In this document: positions 1 to 11,708 of the stretch, in pieces
Layout: every line of letters starts with the position of its first letter
Numbering within the stretch: the first letter of the stretch is position 1
Assembly: GCA_963796685.1 (NCBI GenBank)
Contig: CAWCMR010000001.1
Span: 1-64,000 of the forward strand
DNA: 64,000 nt
Source: an uncultured delta proteobacterium
Lineage (GTDB): Bacteria; Myxococcota_A; Polyangia; Fen-1088
Reading direction: 5' to 3'
Position numbers and translations under genes: made by a program
The notes under the pieces: generated by a model
Seen by the model: the letters and a program-made list of their open reading frames with translations, nothing else
What the model was told of the DNA's origin: nothing
Database searches by the model: none

Positions 1-2
1 AC

Positions 3-2081
3 GACAAAACCTGCGAGCCTTTTACCTGCACCTCGGGGACTTGCAAGAATAGTTGCACGCCGGCAACCCAGGCACAGGATTGCTCCGGGGTCAACATTTG
101 CACGAACAACACCTGTGGCCTGAGAGGCAATGGCGTTGCGTGCACCGCAGCCAACCAATGCCAGAGCGGGTTCTGTACCGAAGGACTCTGCTGTGACAGT
201 GCCTGCTCCGACGCTGCTTCGGGCGGTCTGTGCAAGACGTGCAAAGGGACCTCGACGGCACCGGCTGGAACTTGTTCCAACGTGGCCAGTGGCGGCTCGG
301 ATCCGAAGTCCCGTTGTAGCAATGCAAAGAGCAATCCCCTGGCCGCCGACTGCTCGAACGCCGGAACCTGCAACGGAAACGGGGCTTGCGCCCCCTGGCC
401 GAGTACCACCGCCTGCCGAGCCCAGACTTGTCCAACCAACGGGAGCACGTTGACCCCTCAAATCTTCTGCGATGGCAAGGGTGGGTGTCCGACAACCCCG
501 CCCAACGGGACGCAAAGCTGCGCTCCCTACATGTGCGGATCGAATTCGGCCTGCTTGACTGCACCATGCCACCAGAACGCCGATTGCGCGGACGGCGTCG
601 CCTGCAACCTGACCCTAAGCACACCCACCTGTGGAACGACACAAGCTGACGGAGCCACGTGCACGGACAACACCAATTGTCTGCATGGACATTGCGTCGG
701 GGGTATCTGCTGTGACAGCGCCTGTGCCGGGAGCTGCCAGAGTTGCAGGCTGTCGGCTAGCCTGGGAAAGTGCACGTCCTTCACTTGCGCTGCCCCGGAT
801 CAGTGCCACCAGGCCGGCACTTGCAACAGTGACGGGACATGCACGTATGCAAACAAGCCAAGCGGTACGGTCTGCGACGACGGGAATGCGTGTACTGGAC
901 CGGACACGTGCCAATCGGGGACCTGCGTAGCAGGCGCCGCGGTGGTGTGCACGGCCAGTGACCAGTGCCACACGGCAGGGACGTGCAACCCAGCGACGGG
1001 ATGCCCGACTCCTACGCCGAAGGCTGATAATACTCAGTGCAACGACGGGAATGCGTGTACGCAGACGGACACCTGCCAGGCGGGCGTATGCACGGGAAGC
1101 AACCCCGTGACGTGCACCGCTGACCAGTGCCACACGGCAGGGACGTGCAACCCAGCGACGGGATGCCCGACTGCTACGCCGAAGGCTGACAATACTCCGT
1201 GCAACGACGGGAATGCGTGTACGCAGACAGACACCTGCCAGGCGGGCTTATGCACGGGAAGCAGCCCCGTGACGTGCACCGCCGACCAGTGCCACACCGC
1301 GGGGACGTGCAACCCAACGACGGGGTGCCCGACTCCTACGCCGAAGGCTGACAATACTCCGTGCAACGACGGAAATGCGTGTACGCAGACAGACGCCTGC
1401 CAGGCGGGCGTATGCACGGGAAGCAGCCTCGTGACGTGCACCGCCGACCAGTGCCACACCGCGGGGACGTGCAACCCAACGACGGGATGCCCGACTCCTG
1501 CGCCCAAGGCTGACAATACTCAATGCGACGACGGGAATGCGTGTACGCAGACAGACGCCTGCCAGGCGGGCGTATGCACGGGAAGCAGCCCCGTGACATA
1601 CACCGCCGACCAGTGCCACACCGCAGGGACGTGCAACCCAACGACGGGATGCCCGACTCCTACGCCCAAGGCTGACAATACTCAATGCGACGACGGGAAT
1701 GCGTGTACGCAGACAGACACCTGCCAGGCGGGCGTATGCACGGGAAGCAGCCCCGTGACGTGCACCGCCGACCAGTGCCACACCGCGGGGACGTGCAACC
1801 CAACGACGGGATGCCCGACTCCTACGCCGAAGGCTGACGATACTCCGTGCAACGACGGAAATGCGTGTACGCAGACGGACACCTGCCAGGCGGGCGTATG
1901 CACGGGAAATAACCCCGTGACGTGCACCGCCGACCAGTGCCACCCTGGCACGTGCGATCAGACGACGGGAAGCTGCCTTGCCACCCCAGATGGTACTCCG
2001 TGCAACAACGGGGGCGGCATCGCGAGCGGATGTTGCACGAGCGGGGTCTGTGGGAGTTCCCCCTGTCCGACCGGAAACTGA
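3..2081 (+). CDS. Cys-rich repeat extracellular/surface protein, 5'-truncated by the window edge
   Basis: The frame of ORF 282..2081 is open from base 3 (DKTCEPFTCTSGTCKNSC...). It carries CCDSAC motifs and CxDGNACTxTDxC repeats; TGA at 2079-2081. Confidence 0.85.
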   Translation, partial: DKTCEPFTCTSGTCKNSCTPATQAQDCSGVNICTNNTCGLRGNGVACTAANQCQSGFCTEGLCCDSACSDAASGGLCKTCKGTSTAPAGTCSNVASGGSDPKSRCSNAKSNPLAADCSNAGTCNGNGACAPWPSTTACRAQTCPTNGSTLTPQIFCDGKGGCPTTPPNGTQSCAPYMCGSNSACLTAPCHQNADCADGVACNLTLSTPTCGTTQADGATCTDNTNCLHGHCVGGICCDSACAGSCQSCRLSASLGKCTSFTCAAPDQCHQAGTCNSDGTCTYANKPSGTVCDDGNACTGPDTCQSGTCVAGAAVVCTASDQCHTAGTCNPATGCPTPTPKADNTQCNDGNACTQTDTCQAGVCTGSNPVTCTADQCHTAGTCNPATGCPTATPKADNTPCNDGNACTQTDTCQAGLCTGSSPVTCTADQCHTAGTCNPTTGCPTPTPKADNTPCNDGNACTQTDACQAGVCTGSSLVTCTADQCHTAGTCNPTTGCPTPAPKADNTQCDDGNACTQTDACQAGVCTGSSPVTYTADQCHTAGTCNPTTGCPTPTPKADNTQCDDGNACTQTDTCQAGVCTGSSPVTCTADQCHTAGTCNPTTGCPTPTPKADDTPCNDGNACTQTDTCQAGVCTGNNPVTCTADQCHPGTCDQTTGSCLATPDGTPCNNGGGIASGCCTSGVCGSSPCPTGN
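945..1950 (+). repeat. Intragenic tandem repeat, 162-bp unit (54 aa), about 6 copies
   Basis: The unit TCTADQCHTAGTCNPxTGCPTPTPKADNTxCxDGNACTQTDxCQAGVCTGSxPV recurs with 162-bp spacing and near-identical DNA. Confidence 0.95.
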
Positions 2082-2304
2082 GCCCCACGAGTGACGCAAG
2101 GGTGGCGACCTACCGCCAGCAACGGCCGCAAAGTCGTCCCTGACGCGTACCCAGGTCTGACCCACTGACGCAGCGATCGAATGGACATCGACGACGTCGA
2201 CGACGCTCGATAGCAAAAATCCAAAGATTCGCATATTCTGGCCCCCTTGTCGGAGGGCGGCACCTGGGTCGGCACCACGTTCATAACCACAACCGGAGGT
2301 CACC

Positions 2305-3810
2305 GTGATGAGTCGTTTCCGCGCAACACGGGTTGGCGGTCGGGCACTCCTGCTTGGCACGCTTTTCACATCGCTGTCGGCGGGGCAAGCCTGGGCCCAG
2401 GACAAAGACCCGAGCCAGTCGCCCCCGCAGGAACGGGCTCCAGAGTACCGTTTCGACTTCGGCATCTTCGGCGGCGGTCACTTCTTCACCCAGGACCATG
2501 CCCTAGGACGTGCCAAGGGCGATTCGACCGGGATGTCGCCCAAGAGCTCCGGGATGTTCGGCGGGGAATTCGGGTTCCACCTCAATCGCTGGATCGGCTT
2601 CGAGGCCGAATTCGCCGCCATTCCGACCAGGACCCGCAACGACGATCCCAACGAGCCTGACCACGGCACGAAGCTGCTGGTGGTCGCCTACCGCGGCAGC
2701 TTCGTTCTCAATCTGAACGATTTCTATATGTTCCAGCCCTTCTTGCTGGCCGGGTATGGCGGCCTGACCTCCCTCGTGAGCGACTCGAGCAAGGCCAACG
2801 GAGGCACCGAGTCCTTCGTGCACGCGGGCCTTGGTTTCAAGATCGGAATCACGCCGCGGGTAGGCTTCCGTTTCGATGGGCGCATCTCCGTGCCGTGGAC
2901 TGCGCTGCCGCTCATCCCCATCGGCGATCGCATCGGCTACACCGGTCCCGACTTCGAAGTCTTTGGCGGCATGTATCTCAACTTCGCCGAAGTCGAGAAG
3001 GTACATTACTACGAGAAGGTCATCGAGAAGAGTCGGCCCGACAAGGACGGCGACGGCATCCCCGACGACGTCGACAAGTGCCCCAACAATCCCGAGGACA
3101 AGGACGGCTTCCAGGATGCCGATGGCTGCCCGGATCCCGATAACGACGGCGACGGCATCCCCGACGCGCTCGACAAGTGCCCCAACAATCCCGAGGACAA
3201 GGACGGTTTCGAGGACCAAGATGGCTGCCCCGATCTCGACAACGACCATGACGGCATCCCCGACGCCCTCGACAAGTGCCCCAACGAGCCCGAGGACAAG
3301 GATGGCTTCCAGGACCAGGACGGCTGCCCCGATCCGGACAACGACGGTGACGGAATTCCCGACGCCGTCGACAAGTGCCCCAACCAGCCCGAGACCTTCA
3401 ACCACTACAAGGACGAGGACGGCTGCCCGGACGAGGTTCCACCCGAGGTCAAGAAGTTCACGGGCGTGATCGAGGGCATCAACTTCAAGACCGGCTCGGC
3501 GGAAATCTTACCCGGATCGTGGGCCATTCTCGACCGCGCGCTCAAGGTCCTGCAGGACTTCCCCGACGTGAATCTGGAGATCTCGGGCCACACCGACAGC
3601 AAGGGCCGCGCGTCCTACAACCTCTCCCTATCCCAGCGTCGCGCCGACGCCGTGAAGCTCTACTTCGTCTCGCGCGGGATTGCCTCTTCGCGACTCGTGT
3701 CCATCGGCTACGGCAAGGATCGGCCCATCGCGGACAACTCGACCGCCTCGGGCCGCGCCACCAACCGCCGCACGGAATTCAAGCTGATCGACGCCGGCGG
3801 CACGAAGTAG
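2305..3810 (+). CDS. OmpA-family outer membrane protein with thrombospondin type 3 (Ca-binding) repeats
   Basis: Signal peptide (...AWA), beta-barrel-like N-terminal region, DxDxDGIPDxxDKCP repeats and a C-terminal OmpA domain (GHTD...NLSLSQRRA...GYGKDRP...NRRTEF); SD GGAGG upstream. Confidence 0.92.
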   Translation: MMSRFRATRVGGRALLLGTLFTSLSAGQAWAQDKDPSQSPPQERAPEYRFDFGIFGGGHFFTQDHALGRAKGDSTGMSPKSSGMFGGEFGFHLNRWIGFEAEFAAIPTRTRNDDPNEPDHGTKLLVVAYRGSFVLNLNDFYMFQPFLLAGYGGLTSLVSDSSKANGGTESFVHAGLGFKIGITPRVGFRFDGRISVPWTALPLIPIGDRIGYTGPDFEVFGGMYLNFAEVEKVHYYEKVIEKSRPDKDGDGIPDDVDKCPNNPEDKDGFQDADGCPDPDNDGDGIPDALDKCPNNPEDKDGFEDQDGCPDLDNDHDGIPDALDKCPNEPEDKDGFQDQDGCPDPDNDGDGIPDAVDKCPNQPETFNHYKDEDGCPDEVPPEVKKFTGVIEGINFKTGSAEILPGSWAILDRALKVLQDFPDVNLEISGHTDSKGRASYNLSLSQRRADAVKLYFVSRGIASSRLVSIGYGKDRPIADNSTASGRATNRRTEFKLIDAGGTK

Positions 3811-3913
3811 CGCCAGCCAGGGCAAGCGTCACCGCGGCCGGGCTTGGACCCCGGCAGCGGTGACGCATAATGGCAACGCCGAATCAGTGCGCATGCGCTG
3901 CCGCCATGAGTGC

Positions 3914-5421
<1,508 letters not shown>

Positions 5422-5618
5422 TCTTCACCACGGTCGGATTGCCGACGGCCATGATCGAACAGACTATCTCGAATTCACGAAAGATGGCGCGCCAGCGCGT
5501 TCTGGCCCGCGACGATGGCACCGCGGACCGAAAAAAGATGCGAATCGTCGCGCAACCCAGCATCTCGTGTCAGAAGCATTGCCCGCGAGACCGCAAGGCT
5601 TGCTACAATCCCAAACGC

Positions 5619-5891
5619 ATGGCGACCACCTCCGCACCCGACCCGAGCGTCCCCGCACGCTTCGACGACATCCTGGCGCGCTTGCGCTCTCTCGTCGAGC
5701 GCTTGGAAAGCGGCAACCTGGCCCTCGAGGACAGCCTGCGCTTCTTCGAAGAAGGGATGGACCTGTGCCGTCAGGGCGCCACGGTCCTCGACAAGGCCGA
5801 GAAGCGGGTCGAGGTCTTGCTGGCAGGCGCCGGCGAAAACGCGACCATCGCGCCCCTCGACGAGCCGCAGGACGACGAGGAGAGCCGGTGA
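5619..5891 (+). CDS. xseB: Exodeoxyribonuclease VII small subunit
   Basis: FDDILARLRSLVERLESGNLALEDSLRFFEEGMDLCRQGATVLDKAEKRV; overlaps the ispA start (GTGA), the canonical arrangement. Confidence 0.93.
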   Translation: MATTSAPDPSVPARFDDILARLRSLVERLESGNLALEDSLRFFEEGMDLCRQGATVLDKAEKRVEVLLAGAGENATIAPLDEPQDDEESR

Positions 5892-6727
5892 GCCCGTTCG
5901 ACCCCGAATCCTGGCTCGAGGGCCAGCGCGCGGAGGTGAATGCGCTCCTCGACACGCGCCTGCCCCAGACCGGCGACGATCCCGGACGATTGGTCGAGGC
6001 CATGCGCTATTCGCTGTTGGCGCCCGGAAAACGTCTGCGCCCCATCCTGGCCCTGGCCGCGGCCGAGGCCGTGGGAGCGCGCCTGGACGAGCCCTTGCGC
6101 ATCGCCGCCGGTTCGGTGGAGCTGGTGCACTGCTACTCGCTCATCCATGACGATTTGCCCGCCATGGATGACGACGACGTCCGCCGCGGGCGCCCAACCA
6201 GCCACAAGGCCTTCGGTGAGGCCACGGCCATTCTGGCGGGGGACGCGCTCTTGACCTTGGCCTTCGAGTGGCTGGCCGATGCGGCCAAGCTGGCGAATGC
6301 GCCGGGGCGCTACCTGCCCGCCATCGCCGCCCTGGCGCGCGGGGCTGGCGTCTCGGGCATGGTGCGGGGACAGGCGCGCGACACCCTGGACACGCCCCCC
6401 GCCACGCTGGAGGCCGTCGAGCGGCTGCACGTGGAAAAGACGGGAGCACTGTTTCGCGCCGCCCTGGAGATCGGCGGGGCCGCAGCCGGCGCCACCCCCG
6501 CCCAGATGACGGCACTGGGACAATTTGGCGACTCTTACGGCATCGCCTTTCAACACGCCGACGATCGCGACGATCGCGAGCATGCGACCTTCGCGCAGCA
6601 GGCACGGGGACGGATCCACGAGCTCGTGACCCGGGCCGCGGCGATCTTGGACGATTTCGGTGACAGGGCCGCGCCTCTGCGTGCCTTGGCTTGGAAGTTG
6701 GACGCTAGCGCTGGGGCTGGCCGGTGA
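5888..6727 (+). CDS. ispA: Polyprenyl (farnesyl) diphosphate synthase
   Basis: GKRLRP, HDDLPAMDDDDVRRGRPT (first Asp-rich motif), AILAGDALL, KTGALF, FQHADDRDD; GTG start at 5888. Confidence 0.9.
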   Translation: MSPFDPESWLEGQRAEVNALLDTRLPQTGDDPGRLVEAMRYSLLAPGKRLRPILALAAAEAVGARLDEPLRIAAGSVELVHCYSLIHDDLPAMDDDDVRRGRPTSHKAFGEATAILAGDALLTLAFEWLADAAKLANAPGRYLPAIAALARGAGVSGMVRGQARDTLDTPPATLEAVERLHVEKTGALFRAALEIGGAAAGATPAQMTALGQFGDSYGIAFQHADDRDDREHATFAQQARGRIHELVTRAAAILDDFGDRAAPLRALAWKLDASAGAGR

Positions 6728-6743
6728 TACGATCGGATATGAC

Positions 6744-7652
6744 GTGACCATCAGCTGGGACGACATCACGCGGGTCCAGGACAGTCCACCTGGCACAACC
6801 GCGACGCCCACAAGCCGCGACCAAGCCTACCTGATCGTCCTCGCGGGCAGCGCCATGGGCGAGATGTTCAAGATTACCCGCCCCCAGACCATCATCGGCC
6901 GCGGCCAGACCGCGCACGTCCGCATGATGGACGATGGTATTTCGCGCGAGCACTGCGAGATCCAGATCGAAGGGGACAGCATGATCCTGCACGATCTGGG
7001 GTCGACCAACGGAACCTTCTGCCGCGGTTTGCGCGTCGATCGGCACGTGCTCGAAGACGGCGACAAGATCCTGGTCGGGTCGAGCACGGTGCTGAAATTC
7101 ACCTACCACGACAGCCTGGATGAGGTCTTCCAGCGCCAGATGTACGAATCCGCGCTACGCGACGACCTGACCAAGACCTTCAACAAGAAATACTTCACCG
7201 ATCGTCTGGAGAGCGAATTCGCCTTCGCCATGCGGACCAAGGCGGACCTGTCCCTGGTGGCCTTCGATCTGGACCACTTCAAGACCATCAACGACACCTA
7301 CGGCCACCCCACCGGCGATCAGGTTCTCTCGGACATGGCCCAGGCCGTGGCAGCCTTGATTCGGGCAGAGGACGTTTTCGCCCGGGTGGGGGGCGAGGAA
7401 TTCGCGGTCATCTGCCGTGGCGCGGACAGCGTCCAGGGCCGCGCCGTGGCGGAGCGCGTGCGCCAGGCCGTGGCGGGCCAGGCGTTTAACGTCGACGGCA
7501 AAGCCATTCCCGTCACGGTCAGCGCGGGCGTGGCGTCCATCCCCGACGTGCGCATCACCGACTCGCAGGCGCTCATCGCGGCCGCGGATCAGGCACTCTA
7601 CGAAGCCAAGCGCGCAGGCCGCAACTGCGTGTGCGCGTGGCAGCCGAAATGA
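6744..7652 (+). CDS. FHA-domain diguanylate cyclase
   Basis: FHA motifs (IIGRG...ISREH...DLGSTNGT) followed by a GGDEF domain (DLDHFKTINDTYGH, RAED I-site, GGEEF). Start chosen at GTG 6744. Confidence 0.92.
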   Translation: MTISWDDITRVQDSPPGTTATPTSRDQAYLIVLAGSAMGEMFKITRPQTIIGRGQTAHVRMMDDGISREHCEIQIEGDSMILHDLGSTNGTFCRGLRVDRHVLEDGDKILVGSSTVLKFTYHDSLDEVFQRQMYESALRDDLTKTFNKKYFTDRLESEFAFAMRTKADLSLVAFDLDHFKTINDTYGHPTGDQVLSDMAQAVAALIRAEDVFARVGGEEFAVICRGADSVQGRAVAERVRQAVAGQAFNVDGKAIPVTVSAGVASIPDVRITDSQALIAAADQALYEAKRAGRNCVCAWQPK

Positions 7653-7689
7653 CGAACGTGCGCCGCTGCCGCAGGAAAGGAATGGCCCC

Positions 7690-7950
7690 GTGGGACTGCT
7701 GAAGAATTTTCTCGACGGTCAGGTCATCGTCTACACGGTCCTGGCCCTGATCCCCAACCTGCTGCTCATCTTGTGGGCCATGGCGCGTCTGTCGCGCGAG
7801 GTTCGACTGCTCAGATCCAAAATGGCCATGGTGGAAAACGATATCAATTTGCTCGATCAGAGCATCAGCGGCCTCTCCAACGAATTCCAGGCCATCCGCA
7901 AGGCGGAGAATCAAGGCGACAGCGCACGCGTGGCCGGACGCAAGGAATAG
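7690..7950 (+). CDS. Small single-TM, coiled-coil hypothetical protein
   Basis: GTG after a purine-rich AGGAAAGG; hydrophobic segment VIVYTVLALIPNLLLILWAMA, then a heptad-like stretch. Confidence 0.6.
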   Translation: MGLLKNFLDGQVIVYTVLALIPNLLLILWAMARLSREVRLLRSKMAMVENDINLLDQSISGLSNEFQAIRKAENQGDSARVAGRKE

Positions 7951-8007
7951 TCGCGACAAGGACGGCTTTCTTGCGCTACGAAGCGGTTCAATATTCTCGA
8001 CGGTAAC

Positions 8008-10476
8008 ATGAGGCCGCCTGCACACCCTGCCCTGCTTGCCTTGCCCGCGCTCCTCGCCCTAGCCGGGCTCTCGCACGCCGGCGAAACCGGAACCTCCGAC
8101 GAGGATGACGAGCCAGGCGCGCCCGCCGAGAGCGCGCCGAGCCCCAAGTCGGCGCCTGTCGCGTTCGACAAGAGATGGCTCGAACCCTACTTCGCGGCAG
8201 GTCCGGCCGGTCGGGCCGCCGCCCACTTCCGCGCCGGCGATTTTGCCAACGCCAGCAAGGAGCTGGCCCGCGTTCTCGCCGATCTTCCTGCCAAGGCTCC
8301 GCAACGCAATCCCTTGCGCTTCTTGCAGGCGCTCGCGCTCATGAATCAGTCCCCGCCCTCTTGGCAAGCCGCGGGCGACATCTTCGAGGAGCTGTGGACG
8401 ACCTACCCGCTGCTCGCGCCGTACCACGCCTACAACGCGGCCCGCTGCCGGCTGCGGCGGGGCGACAGCGAGGGTGCCTTCGCGTGGCTTTCCCGCGTGC
8501 CCTCGGGCAGCGTGCCCGAGGCCGAGGCCGTGATGGTCAAGGTGGACGCCTTCGTCGCCGCCAAACGCTGGGCCGAGGTGGAAACGGAGACGACCACTTT
8601 TCTGGCCCGTTTTCCCAAGGGAGCGCGCCACGTGGAGGCCATGTTCCAGCGCGCCGAGGCCCTGCGCGAGCTCGGCCGCCCGTTGCAAGAGGTCGCGGCG
8701 GCCTATCGCAAAGTGTGGGCCGAGTCGCCCATCGAAAACTGGGTCACGCGCGCCGACGACCGCCTGCAAGACCTGGCCAAGACAGCACCCGCGCCCGAGG
8801 CCGGCACCATCGCCGCCCGAAGCATCGACGAATGGCTTTCGCGCGGGATGATCCTTTTCGACGCCAATCAAAACACGCAGGCCGAGACCGCCTTCAACAC
8901 CGCACTGGCCATGCCCGGCCTCGACAAAGCGGTCCGGTGCAAACTGCGCTTCTACGCCGCCCAGTCGGTGTGGAAACAGCGACAACGGCAGCGCGCGGCC
9001 CCCATGTTCGATCAAGCCATCGCCGACTGCCGCGAGGCAGGCGATGGCGATCTGCTGGCACGATCGCTTTACCAGGGGGCGCGTTCCTATGCCTCCGCTG
9101 GCGACAAGGACAAAGCCATCGCTCTTTACGGCCAAATCGAAAAGGACCATCCCGGCCACCGCCTGGCCGACGACGCCCGCTTGCGCGCGGCCGAGGTCTT
9201 GAGCGACGACAACAAGGATGCCGAGGCCGAGAAGCTGCTCTCCAACCTCGCCGACCTCTACCCCAAGGGCGATATGGCGCCCGAGGCCCTGTGGCGCCTC
9301 GCCCTCGATCGCCTGCGCGATCACGACTACGACAAGGCCCTGTTTTGGCTCGACCAGGTGCTGCGGCGCTATCCGCGCGAGGACATTTTCTATGCCGAGG
9401 GGCGCGCGCTCTATTGGAAAGCGCGTATCCTCGAGAAAAAGGGCCAGCGCAGGCAGGCACGCGAAGGCTACGAGCGTGCCGCGCGCGAGTATCCGCTGTC
9501 GGTGTACACGCTGTTCTCGCTCGAACGCCTGCGCAAGCTCGCCCCCGAGGCCAGAACCACGCTGATCCGTGAGCTGCGCAAGCACATGGGCGACATCGAC
9601 AAGAAATCGCCGTGGGAATTCGGCAAACACGCCGTGTTCGGCGAGCCGGGGTTCCTGCGCGCGGTCGAGTTCGCGCGCATGGGGCTCGGCAGCGAAGCGC
9701 GCCGCGAGCTCGCCAAGCTGGGACTGCGCGTGGGCGGCAGAGGTGATACCCAGGTCGACGGGACGCGCGAGGACGTCCTCTGGATCACGGCGATCCTTCT
9801 CGATCGTGGCGGGCAATGGAGCGCTTCCTATTCCGTCCCTCGTTATGCCCTGCCTTCGTTCCGGCGCACCTACCCGAGCGGCGGGCGGCACGAAGCCGAA
9901 TGGCGCCTCGGTTATCCCAAGGCGTTCGCCGACGTGGTGCAAAAGCACTGCCGCGCCAACCATGTGCCCGAGGCGTTGCAGTGGGCCATCATGCGCGAGG
10001 AGAGCTCGTTCTATCCGCGCGCCGAATCCTTCGCCAACGCGCTTGGCCTGACGCAAATGATGATCAGGACTGCCCAGCGTTTCGCCAAGTGGCCGGTCAC
10101 GCGCGAGGCGCTCTTCGACCCGGACAAGAACGTGGAGGTGGGCTCGAAGTTTCTCGCTTTCCTCCTCGATCACTACGGTGGTGCGGTTCCCCTCGTGATC
10201 AGCGGCTACAACGCTGGCGAGGGCGGCGTGGATCGCTGGCTACGCGACCGCGGCAACCTCGAGCTCGACGAGTTCATCGAGACCATCCCCTACGACGAGA
10301 CCCGCGGCTACACCAAGCGCGTGCTCTCAAGTTACCTGACCTACACCTGGCTCTACCAGCCAAGCAAGCCCGTGCCGCAGATCAGCTTCACGCTGAAGAA
10401 GCCCGACGGAAAGCAAGACAAGAAGAAGCCGGCCGTCGCCACCGCGAAACCGAGCCGCAAGGCGAAGAAGAAATAG
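8008..10476 (+). CDS. Soluble lytic transglycosylase with TPR repeats
   Basis: Signal peptide, helical TPR region and an SLT domain (IMREESSF, GLTQMM, GYNAG, ETRGY). Confidence 0.9.
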   Translation: MRPPAHPALLALPALLALAGLSHAGETGTSDEDDEPGAPAESAPSPKSAPVAFDKRWLEPYFAAGPAGRAAAHFRAGDFANASKELARVLADLPAKAPQRNPLRFLQALALMNQSPPSWQAAGDIFEELWTTYPLLAPYHAYNAARCRLRRGDSEGAFAWLSRVPSGSVPEAEAVMVKVDAFVAAKRWAEVETETTTFLARFPKGARHVEAMFQRAEALRELGRPLQEVAAAYRKVWAESPIENWVTRADDRLQDLAKTAPAPEAGTIAARSIDEWLSRGMILFDANQNTQAETAFNTALAMPGLDKAVRCKLRFYAAQSVWKQRQRQRAAPMFDQAIADCREAGDGDLLARSLYQGARSYASAGDKDKAIALYGQIEKDHPGHRLADDARLRAAEVLSDDNKDAEAEKLLSNLADLYPKGDMAPEALWRLALDRLRDHDYDKALFWLDQVLRRYPREDIFYAEGRALYWKARILEKKGQRRQAREGYERAAREYPLSVYTLFSLERLRKLAPEARTTLIRELRKHMGDIDKKSPWEFGKHAVFGEPGFLRAVEFARMGLGSEARRELAKLGLRVGGRGDTQVDGTREDVLWITAILLDRGGQWSASYSVPRYALPSFRRTYPSGGRHEAEWRLGYPKAFADVVQKHCRANHVPEALQWAIMREESSFYPRAESFANALGLTQMMIRTAQRFAKWPVTREALFDPDKNVEVGSKFLAFLLDHYGGAVPLVISGYNAGEGGVDRWLRDRGNLELDEFIETIPYDETRGYTKRVLSSYLTYTWLYQPSKPVPQISFTLKKPDGKQDKKKPAVATAKPSRKAKKK

Positions 10477-10517
10477 CCTTCGCTTGCGGGCGAAGCCCGC
10501 GCCCTGGTGCGCTTCGG

Positions 10518-11625
10518 CTATTTGCGCTTCTTGCGCCAGAAGCTGCCACGCTCGCTGGGCGGCTCGACCAGGTCGCCGCCCGCGCTGGCGAAGGCGCGCA
10601 GAGACTGCTCCTGCTCGGCCGTCAGCGTCTTCGGCACGACCAACTTGAGGTGCACGACGAGGTCGCCGGTGCCTCGGCCGTGCAGGCGGGGCAGGCCCTT
10701 ACCGCGCAAGGTCACCGTGTCGCCAGGCTGGGTTCCCGCGGGCACCGCCACCTCGCTGTCGCCGTCGAGCGATGGCGCCTTGATGGCCGCGCCCAGCGCC
10801 GCTTGCGGAAAGGAAAGCAGGATCTGGGTGTGCAGATCGGCGCCGTCACGCTCGAAGCGCTGATCGCTCGCCACGTGCAGGCCGACGTAGAGGTTGCCCG
10901 GCTGCCCGCCGCCCGGCGCGGCTTCGCCCCGCCCCGACAGACGCAGGGTCGAGCCGTCTTCCACACCGGCGGGAATGGCGACCTGCAAGTTCTCCTCGGC
11001 CAAGGTCAGGCCGCTGCCCCGACAGGTCTGGCAGGGCTTGCGCACGATGGTGCCCTCGCCGCGACAGATGGGGCAGGTGGTCTGGATCATCAGGAATCCC
11101 TGCTGGTGCATGACCTGGCCACGTCCGCCGCATTGCTGGCAGCGCTCGCGCCCGCTGCCCGCCGCAGCGCCGGTCCCCGAACAATCGGCACATGCCACCC
11201 GGCGACGAATCTTGACCTCCTTGGTGACCCCCTCGGCGACCTCGGACAGGGTCAGCTCGATGGGGATTTCGAGAATCGGCCCCGCGCGCGGACGCACGCG
11301 TGGAGCCTCCGCCGAAGCCGCCGAACATGTCGCCGAAGATGTCGCCAAAGGCGGAGAAGATGTCGCCCATGTTCGAGAAGCCGCCGAAGCCGCCACCGCG
11401 CGGGCCCTCGTGGCCGAAACGATCGTAGAGCCCCCGCTTCTCCGCGTCCGACAGCACCTGGTAGGCCTCGGAGGCTTCCTTGAAGCGGGCCTCGGCCTCC
11501 TTGTCGTCCGGGTTGCGGTCGGGGTGCAGCTCGAGTGCGAGCTTGCGGTAGGCGCGCTTCAGCTCGGCCACATCGGCGTCGCGGCTTACACCCAGGACTT
11601 CATAGTAATCACGTTTTTCACTCAC
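10518..11625 (-). CDS. dnaJ: Molecular chaperone DnaJ (frameshift near 11274)
   Basis: J-domain with HPD and the G/F region lie in ORF 10846..11625; four CxxCxGxG repeats and the C-terminal domain lie in ORF 10518..11396. Removing one base at 11274-11275 gives GADLEIPIEL. Confidence 0.93.
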
Positions 11626-11708
11626 GGCAGCAGCCCCGTAGGGTACTCCAAATTATGCCAGCTTCCAGTTGCCTTGCAGGGGTCATCACGATCCTGAATA
11701 CTGCGCGG

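Noticed and set aside
945-1950. Regular repeats considered as a CRISPR array
   Set aside because: The units are contiguous 162-bp in-frame coding repeats with no unique spacers, and no cas genes are present.
3040-3430. 99-bp periodic repeats in the OmpA gene
   Set aside because: Ordinary thrombospondin type 3 repeats of a well-known architecture.
11260-11300. Programmed frameshift in dnaJ and the other split genes
   Set aside because: No slippery heptamer or stimulatory structure is evident; simple indel errors explain all five cases.
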